DNA of 64,000 bases from the human T2T-CHM13v2.0 reference genome, Homo sapiens (GCF_009914755.1 NC_060929.1), one strand, 5' to 3'. Shown: positions 27,194-44,058, counted from the first letter of the stretch. Made by a program: numbers and translations. The notes: generated by a model not told the origin, from the sequence alone.

Positions 27194-28126
27194 TAGTAGA
27201 AAGAATTATGACTCACCCAAAGCTTTCCATGCCCTAATTCCCTGAACTTGTGAATATATTTCCTTGCTTGGCGAAAGGGATTTTGCAGATGTGATCAAAG
27301 CTAAAGACCTTAGAATAAGGAGATTATTTTCGATTATCTGGGTGTAATTCAGATATTGTAATCACTTGAGCTCTTACAAATAGAAGAAATAGGCAGAACA
27401 GTCAAGAAGATGCAACACAGTGATGTAAGAAGGCCAGGAGGTGTGGTGGCAGGTTTTTAAATAAAGGACTCACCAAAGAGTCCCAAGAGTGGCTCCTAGC
27501 AGGTAAGTGTGGTTCCCAGCTGACAGCCAGAAAAGAAATGGCTGTCAACCACGTGGGAGGACTCCCCTGAAGCTTCCAGAAAGAAAAGAGTGGTCCTACC
27601 AACACCTCTATTTTGTTCTTGTGACACACTGAGCAGAGAACCTACCTTTGCTATTTTGTGCCTAGATTTAAGCCCCATCAAAATTATGAGGTCATAAATG
27701 AGCATTATTTATGCCACAATATTTGTAGTAATTTGTTATGACAGTGTATTCATCTGTTCTTGCACTGCTATAAGGAAATTCCTGAGACTGGGTAATTTAT
27801 AAAGAAAAGAGGTTTAATTGGATCACAGTTCTGCAGGCTGTACAGGAAGCATGGCTGGGGAGGCTACAGGAAAATTACAATCATGGTGTATGGCAAAAAG
27901 TGAGCAGGCACATCTTATACAACAGGAGGAGGGGAAAGATGAAGCAAGATGCTACACACTTTTAAACAACCAGATCTTGCAATAACTCACTCTTACCACA
28001 AAAACACTAAGGTGGATGTTGTTAAACCATGAGAAACCAATATTGGAGATTACAATTTGACATGAGATTTGGGTGGGGACACAGATCCAAGCCATATCAG
28101 GCAGTGATATAAAAGTAATTCATACA
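27194..28126 (+). mobile_element. MLT1D-like LTR, interrupted near its 3' end by an MST/THE1 LTR
   Basis: gggattttgcagatgtgat, gagattatt, ccagctgacagccag, gtaatttgttat; the terminal segment resumes at 28100-28126. Confidence 0.75.
27745..28099 (-). mobile_element. MSTA/THE1D-like MaLR solo LTR
   Basis: ctgagactgggtaatttataaagaaaagaggtttaattg...gagatttgggtggggacacag...ccatatca; TSD gacag/ggcag. Confidence 0.88.
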
Positions 28127-28228
28127 GTGACCTCCCATTCCCACCGCCAATAAAATTAAGCCACAGAAGACTCAGTGGTGCTGTCTTTGAGTTAAGTAGT
28201 CAAAGTATCCTGCCTGGGGGAGCTTTAA

Positions 28229-28604
<376 letters not shown>

Positions 28605-29750
28605 TTCTCTCTTTCTAATGTCTCTGTTCACATTTGTGGGCTAATATTCTTATGTTGAAGCATCTTATTTTCATTTCATCTCTCAAACCTCATACATTTC
28701 TCTGCTTACTTTTACTTTTTCCATCAGAGTTACATATTCAAATATTTTTGTCCCAAATATACCTGATTTAATACATTTGTTATGTGTGCACATTATTTAC
28801 TAATTTACAGCTGCAGAAAGGTGATATCTTATTTTTAAATTAAAAGGACACAACAAAGTGTATGTAAGGCACTGTGAAGAGCTGTTTCTTATTTGCTGTT
28901 TTTTTTTCTTTTCTTTTTTTTCCCTTCAACTTGGAACTTGTGAGTTTCTTTTTATTAAGACTTTTTAGAGAAAAAGAAAACCAAGATCAGAGATGTGAGG
29001 TAATAATAAGCTTGAGTTCACACAACTAAAGGAATTGCCAATGTGGATGTGAACCCAGCATAATCTGACTTCAAAAGATCGGCTCTTATAGCCACTTCAT
29101 AATACCTCTCTCAGGGGCATTAAACTGTGTCTTCCAGCGTATTGTTATCATAGTACAGGGCCTTCCACAATGCTGGGCATAGCAAAAGTGCTCAATATAT
29201 ATGTATTTCACTGACTTAGTCTGAAAAAAACAAAAAACGATAGAAGCTTTTGGCTCAAGATTAAAATAGACTAAAACAGAAGGGATTAAAATGAAGGGAC
29301 ATCATCCTCTAACATTCTGTGTAGGTATCGCCCCCCTGCCCCCAGAAACCCTCTCAGATACTAACACACTATATAAGAAAAAAAATTGTAATCTGTATCT
29401 TCATGTTATTTCAGAATATTATTTATTCTCATTGTAAATATTGTTGTAAAGTAAGGTAGGATAGTGTTTGACAGCATATTTTTAAATTAGACTGTCTTGA
29501 ATCTGGGCTCCGCTATTTGACCAACTAAAACCCATTCCTATTTGTCTTTTATTTGCTCTTCTAGTGTAGAAGGGCAAAACCTAAACCATCTACTAATTGA
29601 CCCTTCACAGAAAAAAGTTTACCACTGTGAACTCTAATCTGTCAAATTTTTTGGTACCTTATGCCCTTTTTTTCCTTCTTTCTCATTCCTCGAATATTAG
29701 TTTCACATTTTAATACAGCTAGCTCTATTTTTCATTCAGGTTTTACCTGA

Positions 29751-30057
<307 letters not shown>

Positions 30058-31297
30058 AGATCGCTTTTTTTAAGATAAGCTCTCCCTTTGTTCTCTTCCA
30101 CCTCAACTTTTCTGATTTTTATGATAGCATTCATTGTTCTTGTCACAATTATTTAAATGTATATGTTGTTGATTTTTGTTTTCTCCTCACTTCTTTACTC
30201 AAAGAGAACAGACACTCATTTGCCTGTTCATAAGTGTATCAGCATGGTCTTAAGATGTTACCATATTTTACAGATTTATTGAAAAAAACAAATATGTTCA
30301 TACATAACATGTGCTATCTTGCCTCATATAAATTATCATATAACACATTTCTTTCTAGATATCATCTTTGAATGAGTGTAGTTATCACAGATTTGGTGAA
30401 TAAAGTTATTTTTAGAGTTAAGGCTCTGTTTGACTGATAGCATTGCTATTACCTCAGAAAGAGCAACCGATCTGCTTCGGGTCTCATGAAGTTGATAGGC
30501 TTTTTTTTTTTTCTTTACAATTTGCTTTTCTTCAGCAATTTTTAGAAATATTACTGTCACTCAAATGTGTTCATCTTCAAATTCTACTTCCATTAAATAA
30601 GAATAATTGACAGCTCTGTAGAAAAGTGAGGCACTGAATTGTGATAATCACCCAGGAAATTGCCTCATTCCTCTGTTTTCGTTTTGAATGAGAAGGAAGA
30701 GCCAATATTTGCGAACTCAGGCAGTTGGTTTAAGTGGAACAAAAGAAACTTGCTGTGACTCTGTTTGAGACATAGTGTCTTTACTAAGCAGTTTTCCATT
30801 TCAATACGATTTGGAAATTTAGTGCTATTTATAGTACATTCAAGACTTGCCATGCTTCATTGCTAAGGAATATTGATGTTTTGTATCTAGACTCTTCTTA
30901 CTTACAAACTCTAGTTTTAAAGGCCTGACTTTTACAAGGCAATCCTATAAAAATTAGAAAAAATGATCACCAGCCCTTAATATATTACTTGATAAAACAT
31001 GAATGTGTTATTGCTAAACTTGCTAGGAATTAGAGTGAGAATTCCTTAAACATGTGCACGCATACACACACACACATCCCACACACAAGTGCAGACAACA
31101 TATTTCTACATGTTTCTAGGCTTATATACATATATGTTTATATAGGTTTCTATTCTTTTCTTTGGTAAGATCAGGTATGATTGTATAATGTGTTTTTACT
31201 TTAATGAAAAGTAACGTCTTAAGTTTCTTAGCACTTCATATAATGTCTTATATAAAATGTTTATAAAAATTTGTTGAATTGGATTCAATTTGTCCTT

Positions 31298-31914
<617 letters not shown>

Positions 31915-32826
31915 CTTATCTTTGGAGTTTTTTTTAATTTATCTACTTTTTCTTAATTTACTTATGAAAATAAAATTTATGAAATATTATTTACTGAAAT
32001 TAATGTCCTACTTAAAACAATATTCTTACTTAGACCATAACAATACCCATTTTTATGTGAACACATTAACATTAATCTTTTTATATCTTCATATTTAGAA
32101 TGATGAATATTTATACTTGTCTCAGTTATGATTGGCAGGTTTATTCCTAGAAAAGCTTGCTTTAAATTTCAAGGAATGAAAGTTGGCTATGGTAAATAAA
32201 TAATTATTGTAGCATTTTTTCCTACACCTTATAATTATAAACTGGACAATTCTTTCCTCTGAGTTTACATGATGACGTTTCAAAGTGACAAATTTTTCCA
32301 TTCCATCATCTGGAAATTATCCATCCTTCATCATTCTCTTTCTTCCTCTTGACTTCTTCAAGCTATGGCCATAATGCCATTTTCACATAGGAGTTTTATT
32401 AAGTTAGACCAATTAAAGTTATATTAAATCTTAAAGTCTAAGATTATATAGAGAAATCTGTTTCATTTTCATCATTGAATCACAATAAAAACCCCACTTC
32501 ATAGCCACAGAAAATCCTAAAAAGAATGCTGCTGGTACTTGCCCATTCACCCTGAACTACTCAATTTCTTCATTGCAAGGACCTCAGTTCTCTACCACAT
32601 TCTTACGTGGCAGAACTTCTAGATTTCTCTCCATCCTCACTATTCCTTGCCAATACCTTCTACCTTAGAGGAATATGTTTTAAATTACGACATCCAAAAT
32701 TATACATATATTTGTGTGACTTACGTAAATGAAAGATTTAAAAATTTTTCAGGTGGACCTGACCCCAACATCAGAAATCATGTGCATTGTATTAATGTTC
32801 CTCCTAAAATTTAGGCAACAGATAAC

Positions 32827-33106
<280 letters not shown>

Positions 33107-35486
33107 TAAGAGAAAGTGAGGTCCTATCTCAAATATTTATTATCTCCTGGGCAGAAAGTGCTGTTATTTCCTTCCCTAGGGAACTCTTTTGGCACTTATA
33201 AATGTTTTTGTTTGTCTGGTTGTTTTTTGTTTTTTGTTTTGCTTTAGTTTTCATTGGCCAAGGCCTCATGTAGCATTCTCTGGATCTGTATAGTCTTAAT
33301 CTCATTAAGGGAAGAAATAAATGAAAGAGTTTTAACCCAAACAACCCTGGCTAGCTGAACTGGGATTCCTTTGAAATGAACATAATACATGAGATTACAC
33401 ATCATTCCATCTCCAAAACACAAGTCCACTCCTACTATAGTTTTCAGAACAGGGCTTTGAGAGATTTTCCACTTTGTCTGAGCAAGACACATAAAGTCTA
33501 TCCTCTTCCCAGCAGTAAACCTCAGTTATAGTCAGACTTCCAAGTCTGCAGGAACTTGAAGCATTACAAATAGGAATGAATTCAAGTTTTTTTGTGTGTG
33601 AATGGGTTGCCTTTATTTGCTTCCCACACTGTTTTAGACACTTTGTTTGCACATATATGATCTAACTGTATTGTCAAATTTGTTTAACATTTATTTTAAA
33701 AATCTTGTCATCTATTAATTAATATAATAATGGGTAGAGACATTTGCAATTTGGGACAAGTTACAAACCTAAATTCCTGTTTGCTGATCTTTAACATCAA
33801 GATAACAAACATTTAACATTATGCATACATTATAGGAGGGCTTGGTAAATATCAGTTCTTTGATTTATCATGTTGATATTGATAAGAGAAATACACCATA
33901 GAACAATACTAGGTTTAATTAAGGTTTCCAATATTCAGTATTCAATATCTGACATATTCTTTACTTTTTAGTTAACCATGGGTAAGAAATTAAATTTGTG
34001 GGCTGATATGGTCAATTTGAAGTTTCCCAAGCTCTTAATTATTCCACTTTTTAAAAGTGGAGTTCTTTTTTTTTAGTATGATCTAGTATGCTTGATTAAT
34101 CCATGTAACTATATGTATACTCAAATAAACTGTGTTCTCATAGTCTCATAAATATATTACAAATGAGGCTACAAGGGGTGAAACGACTCTCAGAAGCAAC
34201 TGTTGCAAGGTTCTAAAGACTCAAAAAACTCTCAATATCGATAAGAAAATAAGTCACATAACTTTTACATCAACCAAATTAAAAAATAATCTATGATTGT
34301 GAGAAAGGTGCAATGCCTAGCAATATTAGCAGCACCAGGCTACTGTGGTTTTTTTTAATTTATTCATTGCCCTGACAAATTATATGTGAATTATGCAGCC
34401 ATGTCTTTGGTTAAAAGTTGCCCTGTAGGATGAAGGTTATAATTAAAGGAAAAGTAAATATGCATTTAATTTAACCTTCAAGAAAGGAAGAGACCATCTG
34501 GTTTATTTCAATGCCTTTACTGTGCAAATATAGGTATAGTGGTTCATACACCCTATTATTGACACCACTTTAATGGATCATTTCTTACTGTGTTTCCCTT
34601 AGGGAAACACGTATAATGTGACAGAGAGGTTGGTAATGATGCGGCAACGATAATTAGTGATACTGGTAACTTTTAGAAGACTTTTACAACAGCAAATGTT
34701 GTAAGGTGAGCTTACCCTCCCTAAAGTAATAGCCTTATTTTTAAAACAATAAAACACACGAATCGAAGTACATTCTAATGTCTTTACAATAACTAAAGAT
34801 GTGCTGTAAGCTTTTAAGTGCAATGTGCTTATAACTATGTTCATCTATAGAAATATGTTCAAAATTTAAGACTGCATTAAGTTTTTCAGGACTTTTTCTA
34901 GTGTTTTAAATGCAGTGGTTAATCTTGAAATGAACTTCATTGCCATGAAGCAGCAATACACTACAGAATTTTAAAGAAACTGGCAAAGGATGGGATTTAT
35001 TTTAGGAAGGAGTAAGATTTCATATATATATGTAGACAAAAGTGTGAAAAATACAATCTGCTTTATACTATCTTCTGTTATTTGAAACAGATATTCAAAT
35101 AAAATGATTGCTGCAAGCATGTCAAAAAAAAAGGTGCAAACCTTAAAATATTGCCTGAGAATCAAATTTCATGAGAGGGCAATGTGTGAGCTTTCTTGGA
35201 TTTTTGTCATAATTCAGAAAGGAAATAAAGTCTTTAAAAAAAAGTTTTCTAGGTTCTTGAAGCATTATAGTGTGTAAATATAATTATAGTCAGAGAAAAA
35301 AATGTAGTTAAGGATGATTTGCAAAAAATATGGCTTCCAGAAATTTAGTTTTTCAGTGTCACTTAGGATTATTTCTATTGTTTTTCTATTGACTTGAGCT
35401 TCTTAATGTTGCTTAGTTATATAAAAATCTCACCTAAATGAATTCAGAACATTAAGGATATGTTCTAGAAAATAACAATACGGAGG

Positions 35487-35543
35487 GTGTTTTTGCCATT
35501 ACTTTTAATGGCAAACACCACAGTTACTTTTGCACCAACCTAT
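35487..35543. mobile_element. Partial MADE1 (Hsmar1-derived MITE)
   Basis: tttttgccattacttttaatggcaaa...ttacttttgcaccaaccta; the outer part of the left TIR is missing. Confidence 0.85.
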
Positions 35544-36756
35544 AGAATATTAATAATGGGATAAAGCAAAACTCATTAAGCTAGATGCACTGCAATGCAT
35601 CTATTGTTTGGTCTGATGGACAACCCCACTCTCTATTACCTTTTTGAGAAATGTTCTCTGTCCAGTAAAAATACAGTCATTCTGACCTCTTAGATACACA
35701 TCACCCAGGCCTGGCCACAATACTGCTTCTGACCATGAAAGATTGTTCCAAAAGGAGCAGAGAGCATAAGCCAAACTGGAGACCCTTCCTAGATATTATG
35801 TAACTTATGTGGGAAAATAGAAAATATCATTTCTTTTTTTTGGGTTCCTGAACATATCTACAGCCATGACTACTATTGGTTGTTATTAGTGCCATTCATA
35901 GTTGCTATATAACTTGTATAGCAAGAAAAATTAACATTACAACATGGATTATATCAGGTAATTTCATTTCCTAACGAAATATAAGAATGCTGGAATCATT
36001 GGAAGAGTTATATTGACATTGGATTTGCATTAAAGTAAATCTATGTTGAATAAATATTTCTTATAAATTAATTTGTATTAAAAATGAAGATTACAAGAAA
36101 AGGATTTCAGCCTATAAGAAAGTAAAATATTGTGAAAATTATCTATTTAAAAGAAGAATCAATTTCCAGTAATTTCTTACTCAGAGAAAAATCGGTATTT
36201 TATTTAATATTAATAACTGAAAATAAAGTACTAAAAGTAGAGATGTTCTATATGTATCAGAAATTAAAAACACCCAAATGTATCTCTCCCTGGCTAACAT
36301 TTTTAATAGCCTTTGCGTATCATTTTACTGGCTCAAAATTTGCATGCAAATAATTTTTAAATAATGGCCTTTATTATTTTACTCTTATATATATGAGCTA
36401 TCATTATGTGATCAATTGTATAAATGAGGACCATAATAGTTGAGTATTTCATCCTTATTTTGATATAATATACATACGTTCACTAAATATTTTTTCCCTT
36501 TCTAATTCATTTGTCACCTGACATGAGATATATTCATTATAATTTACTTTAAACTCACTGTTTAAGTTACATAATATCAAATGGAAGTGTGGATCAGCTG
36601 GGAAAAGAATGAACATCATCCAAAGACAAAAGAGAAGACTGGAGGCCTCTTACAGAGAAAAGGTTACAGTGTTTTCATTTAGCAGAAGGGTTGCATGATG
36701 CTAGGAAAAGGTGACTTATTTTCTCATTTGAAAATTATGCATATTGTAAGGAGATG

Positions 36757-37320
36757 TGTGTAAGTGCCCAGTTGACACTCACATTCTTTTCAACGTGCTA
36801 ACTTTGGTATGTCGGACTATGTTACCCAGAATTCCTCTTCCTGTGTGTTCTGGTTAAGATGGGCCCTAGATAAATTATTGTTCTTGATTTGGAGAGCAGA
36901 GGTGACGCTACAATTTTTAAGCTCTTATGTTGATAAAGATGGAATTACATCATTAGCAAGAGGAGCAGCAGCTTGGCCTTAAAATGCTTTACCATCCCCT
37001 CAATCCTCCTTGAAGCTTCTCTCAATCTATGCTAGGTGAATGTGTTGAGCTCTGCTATGAGAGGCCCAGCTTCTACAGGATACCCTATCAGATACCGGGT
37101 CTAAGGCCACAAAAACAAGCATAGTTTTCTGTCCATAATCATGGGCTCCAATTCTGCTGTGAATTCCAGCTTGTTCTTGTTCCTTATCTTACCTCCAATT
37201 TTCCTTCCTGACTCCTCTCCTGTAGACTTCAACTCCAGTATCAGAGGCAAAGAGAGTTGCAGAGATGGCCTAACCAGGAAGCTTAGCCAGCTCTGAAGTT
37301 TACATAAGATCAAATCTCTG
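36757..37320 (+). mobile_element. Old ERVL-type LTR remnant (LTR16-like)
   Basis: ggactatgttacccagaattcctcttcc...gttctggttaagatgggcc; family call tentative. Confidence 0.4.
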
Positions 37321-38767
37321 AAACAAACACAAATCCAGATAAACAGATATAAAAAGGTAATAGTTTAACTGATAAAATATCCTTAAATCACATCTCAATT
37401 GGTACAGTGAAGTATGTATTGAAGATCACCCACAAGAAGTTTTTTTAAAAAGATATATTTAAGTGCTATTCAATGTTTTATAATTTCTTATTTCAAATCT
37501 CTATGATAGGCATTATAAAACCCATTATATCCATTAATAAACAGCCTCAGAAAGCAGTAAAAGCTCTTTGTCATTGGTAAATTTAAACTATTTCAGTATT
37601 TATAAAATTATCATCATGATCATTGTCATCACTAAAAAATTCATTTCACATATTTTACTGGAAAATTACCATTTTATGATGAAAGGAAAAATTAAAGTCA
37701 TGACACCTTTTTATTGTTGTTTGTTTTTACAAAATTGACAATACACCATTGGGTTAAGAATTTGGAGAAAAATAAGAGAAGTGTGATTATTTTAAAAATT
37801 CATTTTTCGAAAGTATTTTTTTACTGTGTCATTCCATCTGTCTCAATTCTTCTTTGTTATAATAAAAATTCATTGTTTTATTCTTAACACACATGGATTT
37901 CTGAAGCATATGGGAAACTCTTTATAAAATTCTCCATACCTCTAATTTTCTTTAGAATTTTGTTCCCAATGCTAAATTTGGTACAGTGTTAATATAGAAT
38001 CAATAAATGGTGTGTTATTCTTGCCAAGAAAAGGTGACATTAATAGTATTTAGATACAGATCTATACATATTATTTACCAACAGCTGTAAGAAGAGGAAC
38101 TGTGCATTTTGTATAACTTTAAAAAACAAAAATTATGAAAAATTCAACGTAGAATTTACACTGTAAAATTTTATTTTAATTCTAAGTGCAATAAGTATTT
38201 CATACAAAATATATTGTGAAGTTTTGATTAATAAAATAAAAATAAGAATGAAAGCAATGTCCCATAACTTTAGAAATATTAGACAATGATAGAAATTGAT
38301 GAAAAAATAGGTAAGAGAGTCCAGAAATAGATACGGATAAATATAGTCAAATGATATTTAACAAAGGAATAAGGCAACACAATGAAGAAAAGATACTCCT
38401 TTCAATAAATAGTGCTGGAACAACCGAGCCTCTGCATGCAAAGACGTAAATCTAGATACAGATTTTACACTCTTCACAAAAATTAGCACAAAATGAATCA
38501 TAGACCTAAATGTAAAACACAAAATTACAGAACTCCTGGAAGATAACACAGCAGAAAATCTAGACGACCTTGGGTATTGCGACTTTTTAGATAGAACACC
38601 AAAGTCATGATTAATGAAAGAAACAATTGATAATCTGCAATCCACTAAAATAAAATACTTCTGCTCTTCAAAAGACAATGTCAAGCAAATGAGATGACAA
38701 GCCATAGGCTGAGAGAAAATATTTGCAATAGATACATCTGATAAAAGACTGCTAATGAAAATATACA

Positions 38768-39406
<639 letters not shown>

Positions 39407-40172
39407 GAACTCTTAAACTTTTTAACAATAAGAAAACAGAAAATCTTATTACTTTTTTTGAAAAAGACCTGAGGACATACTTCACTGAAGAAAATCTACA
39501 GATGGCAAGTAAGTATATGAAAATATGTTCAGCATCATATGTCACTAGGAAAATGCAAATTAAAACAACAATGGGATACCACTACACACTTATTAGAGTG
39601 ACCAAAATTTAAAACACTGACACCACCAACTGCTGGCAAGGATGTAAAGCAACAGGAGCTGTGATTCACTGCTGGTGGAAATGCAAAATGGTATAGCCAC
39701 TTTGGAAGACTGTTTAAGAGTGTCCTACTAAGATAAGTATAATTTAACCATACAATCCAGCAATTGTGTTCTGTAGTATTTACCCAAATGAAAACTTACG
39801 TCCACACAAAAACCTTCACAAAAATGTGTAAAGCAGCTTTATAATTGCCAAAACTCGGAAGCAAACAAGATATCCTTCAATAGGCAACTGGATAAACTGT
39901 AATACACACAGGCAATGAAGAACTATTCAGTACTAAAAAGAAATGCACTATCAAGCCTTAAAAATAGATAGGGGACATTTAAATTCACATTACTAAGTGA
40001 AAGAAGCCAATGTGAAAAAATACATACCATATGAATCCAAGTATATGACATTTTGAAAAGGCAAATTTATGGAGACAGAAAAGAGATCAATTATTGCTAG
40101 TGGTTACAGGAGAGAGAATGAAGAAGCAGAACAGAAGGGATTTTTAGGGCACTGAGTCTATAGTACTTGCTA

Positions 40173-40251
40173 TTGGTTGGTGCAAAAATAATTGCTGTTT
40201 CCGCCATTACTTTCAATGGCAAAAACTGCAATTACTTTTGCACCAACCTAA
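40173..40251. mobile_element. Near-complete MADE1 MITE (palindromic; miR-548 source family)
   Basis: ttggttggtgcaaaaataattgc...gcaattacttttgcaccaacctaa flanked by TA on both sides. Confidence 0.93.
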
Positions 40252-43200
40252 TACAATGGTGGATACATGTCACTATTCATTTGTCAAAACCCACAGAATG
40301 TGCAACACCAAGAGTGAACCCTAATGTTAACTATAAACTTTGGGTGTTAATGATATAGTGTGATAATGAATGTAGGTTCATCAATTGTTAAGAATGCACC
40401 ACTGTTTTGTGGGATGCAGATAGTGGGGGAAGTTTTTGCAGAGGTGAGGATGGGTGGTAAATGGGAATGCTACTTTGTGCTCAATTTTGCTGTGAACCTG
40501 AAATTGTTCTAAAGAAAAATGCTTTTTTTGAAAATCAAATAACAAAACCACATTTATTAGCATAAAACAATATATATACACTATATCTAATACACCATAT
40601 ATCACATTAGTACCCAATCCTATTTGCTGTTTATGTATGTTTGTGTATGTTAGGAAGTGGGGAAAAATGTTTTCAGAGAGAGCTATGTCATATGTTAATT
40701 TTTTTAAAAAGACCTGAATTATTGAATTTCCTCATGCAGTAGTATATTTTGTTTTCATTTATTGCACAGTTTGGATGCCACCTAAAAAGTGGTCATGACC
40801 ACTCTATATTCACAAGAAATTGCTTATTTTATCTCTTCGGAATGTCTCATTGTCTCAAAGCACTTACTGTTTTATTTCTCATTGCTCAGCACTGTCACAC
40901 AGCTTTTCCCCCCATCTAGAAACTTACCATTTATTTCTTCCGGGGTATTGCAATAGTTTAGCTCTATAAATTAAGCCAGAGTAATTTTACAATCAGTTTA
41001 CAAAGGAGTAGGAATTTCAATAATGTTTAAATGGGAGAGAGTAGGATTTCTTGCAGTATCAATAGAAGTCTAAATTTGTTTTCAATTTAAATATTCAAGA
41101 TCCTCCATGTAATGCTATTTCTCATTTGCACTTTTGCTAGTCAATTCTTTTTTAATGTATTTTCTCAGAAAGTTTCCAGTTCTGGTCCAGATAAATCTGA
41201 TTTTTGGAGGAGGATCATGCTGAATCACTAGGACTTCAAGGGTAATTATCTGGGTAGGTGGTTGTGTTCCTAAGAGACTCATGTGCATCATTTGCATTTT
41301 GATGTATTAAAAACTCAATGTATTTCTATTGACATTGTTTTTTTATGATGGGTGGTGGTGTTCATGTTAATGCTTTGATGGTTTATCATGTGTGTGTTTG
41401 CTTTTGTGTTGCCCTCTTCATTTAAGACTTTCAAGTTAAATTTGACCTGCTCTTAAAAAAAAAAGGAAAAAATTAAGCATATGTTAGTCATAGACAATTA
41501 AATACATGATATATTAAAGTCTGACTTTTGCCACGTGAACTATAACTCATTCTTATATGAGACTAAAAACCTTGACTTTGGACATCAGTATTAATAAAGA
41601 CCCTGTATTGTTTTGCTTCCCTTCCTATTTTTCATGTTAATTGTGTCACTAAGTTAACTTATCTCCAATAACAAAGGCCCCTATAAGTTTATGTTTTTAT
41701 TGGTTAGAATTAAATGGTATATCAGATTTATATTCCAGTAAATGGTAGGATAGACTTATGTAAATTGTGGCGCAGTAATAAAACAGTGTGGTTAAACAAA
41801 ACATCTTCATTTTATCTACAATTGAAATTATTCTTACTTGAAAACCAAATATTGATGATTTTTCTTCAGAAATAATGAAAAGATAGTCTTTCAGTATTTT
41901 TGCTCGCAATAACTGCAATATTTCTTGCTACTTAAGATTCACCAGGCCATAATATACAGCTTAAAAAGTGTTTTAAGATGATAAGCTGTGAAATATGAGT
42001 AATTGCCATTTATATGACACTTTATTACTCTCATTTAAATACACAGCACATGAAAACATTGCCTGTAGAATACTGAGAAACAGTCTCTAAATTTCTATCT
42101 TCTTAAAAATGTTTCCATAAGAATTGTATACATTTAAGGTGTGCGACATGATGTTTTGATATACATAGTGACTAATTACTGTAGTCAAGTAAATTAACAT
42201 ATCCATCTCCTCAAAATTATCTTTCTCCAAGAAAATCGTGAGTTAGAATATTTAATCAAGTTAATGAGAATTAATGCTCTGTATTAACATATAAAAGATG
42301 TCGATACATATCATATCCATTTTTTCTTTGGTTATACCTTCTGTTCCTCATATTTCTTTTGATATGTCCAAAACAATTCAAATATATTTTAGAAACAAAA
42401 TGAGATTGCAAATATAACTAAAACATATACCTTTATATCATGTTAATAGTCTCTATTTTTATAATTGGGTGACTTTCCTTATGTTATTTAATTCTCTGCA
42501 ATTCTTCTGTAATATATTTGGGTGGATTAAAATATAGGTTTGTGATTCTTCATCAATAAAATTTAATGATCACTGGTAGAAAAACAGTTTTAAGAACCTA
42601 TTTCCTGAGGGTGAAGGAAGATGGCCAAATAGAAGCTTGCATTGATCATTCCTCTCCTCAGGAAGACCACATTTTAACAACTTTCTACACACAACAAAAA
42701 CACAGTCATAAGAACCAAAAGTCAGATTAGCAATTACAGTACTGGGTTAAAACTTCCTATCACTAAAAGAGGTCTTGAAAAGGGTAAGAAAGACAGTCTT
42801 GAATTGTTGATGTCAATTCCTCCCATTTCCCATTGCAGTGGGTGCATAGTGTGGAGAGAGCATCTGTGCCCTTGAGTGAGGGCGAGCACAGCAACTGAGA
42901 ATTTGGCATTGAACACAGTGCCATCTCGTCATAGCAGAGACAAAAGTCATGCTGGGCTCAGCCAGCACTCGCTTATGAAAGGAGCATTTCGATAAGCCCT
43001 AACCACACGGAAATTGCCTATCCCCTTGGTCAGAACTTGAGTTTCGGCAAGCATCACCACCATGGGCTCAAGTGCTCTGGGGTTCTAGGCAAACTTGAAA
43101 GATGGTCTAGGACATAAGGGCTGCAATTCCTAGGCAAGCGTTATCGCTGGACTGGGCTTAGAGCCAGTGCACTAGGGTGGCATGTGACCTAGGGAGACAT

Positions 43201-43999
43201 CAGCTGGAGTGGCTAAGGGAATGCTTGTACCACCACTTTCACAAACCCAGGAGGCACAGCTTGCAGCAATGAAAATGACTCCTTCCTTCTGCTTCAGAAG
43301 AGGAGAGGGAAGACCAAAGAGGCCTTCATCTTGCATTTTGAATACCAGTTCAGCCACACTAAGATAGGGCACTGGGCAGTATCGTGAGGCTCTGATCTCA
43401 GGCCCCAGCTCCCAGATGACATTTCTAGACATACTCTGAACAAGAGGGAACCTGCTGCTTTGAAAGGAAGGATCTAGTCCTGGCAGGATTTATCACCTGT
43501 TGACTAAAGACCCCTTGGGCCCTGAATAACCAACAGTGATACCCAGGTAGTATACTTTGAGCCTTGGGTGAGACTCTGAGATATGCTGACCTCAGGTGTG
43601 ACCCAGCACATTCTCAGCTATGGTGGTTTTGATGAAAGACTCCTTCTGGTTGAGAAAAGCAGAGAGAAATGTGAAGGGGACTTTGTCTTGTACCTTAGGT
43701 GCCAGCTTGACCACAGTGGGGTATAGCACCTTGCAAACTCTCAGGGTCCCCAAGTCCAGGTCTAGGCACTTGGACAGCACTTCTGGACCTGCCCTGGGCA
43801 AAAGGGGAACCATCTTCCCTGAACGGTGTGTCGCAGGCCTGGCAGCATTCACAAACTGACTGAAGAGCCCTTGGGCTTTAAGTGAACATCTGTGATGGCC
43901 TGGTAGAACTCTCTGTGGTCCAATAGGGGTGGCCATTGGGAAAGGGGAGGGAAGGCTGGGAAAGACTGTCATGTGGCTTGAAGTCCAGCTTAGCTGCAG

Positions 44000-44058
44000 T
44001 AGAATAGAATAGAATAGAATAGAATAGAATAGAATAGAATAGAATAGTAGAATAGAAT
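44000..44058. repeat. (AGAAT)n pentanucleotide microsatellite inside the L1 5'UTR
   Basis: Nine perfect AGAAT units at 44001-44045, then imperfect copies. Confidence 0.95.
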
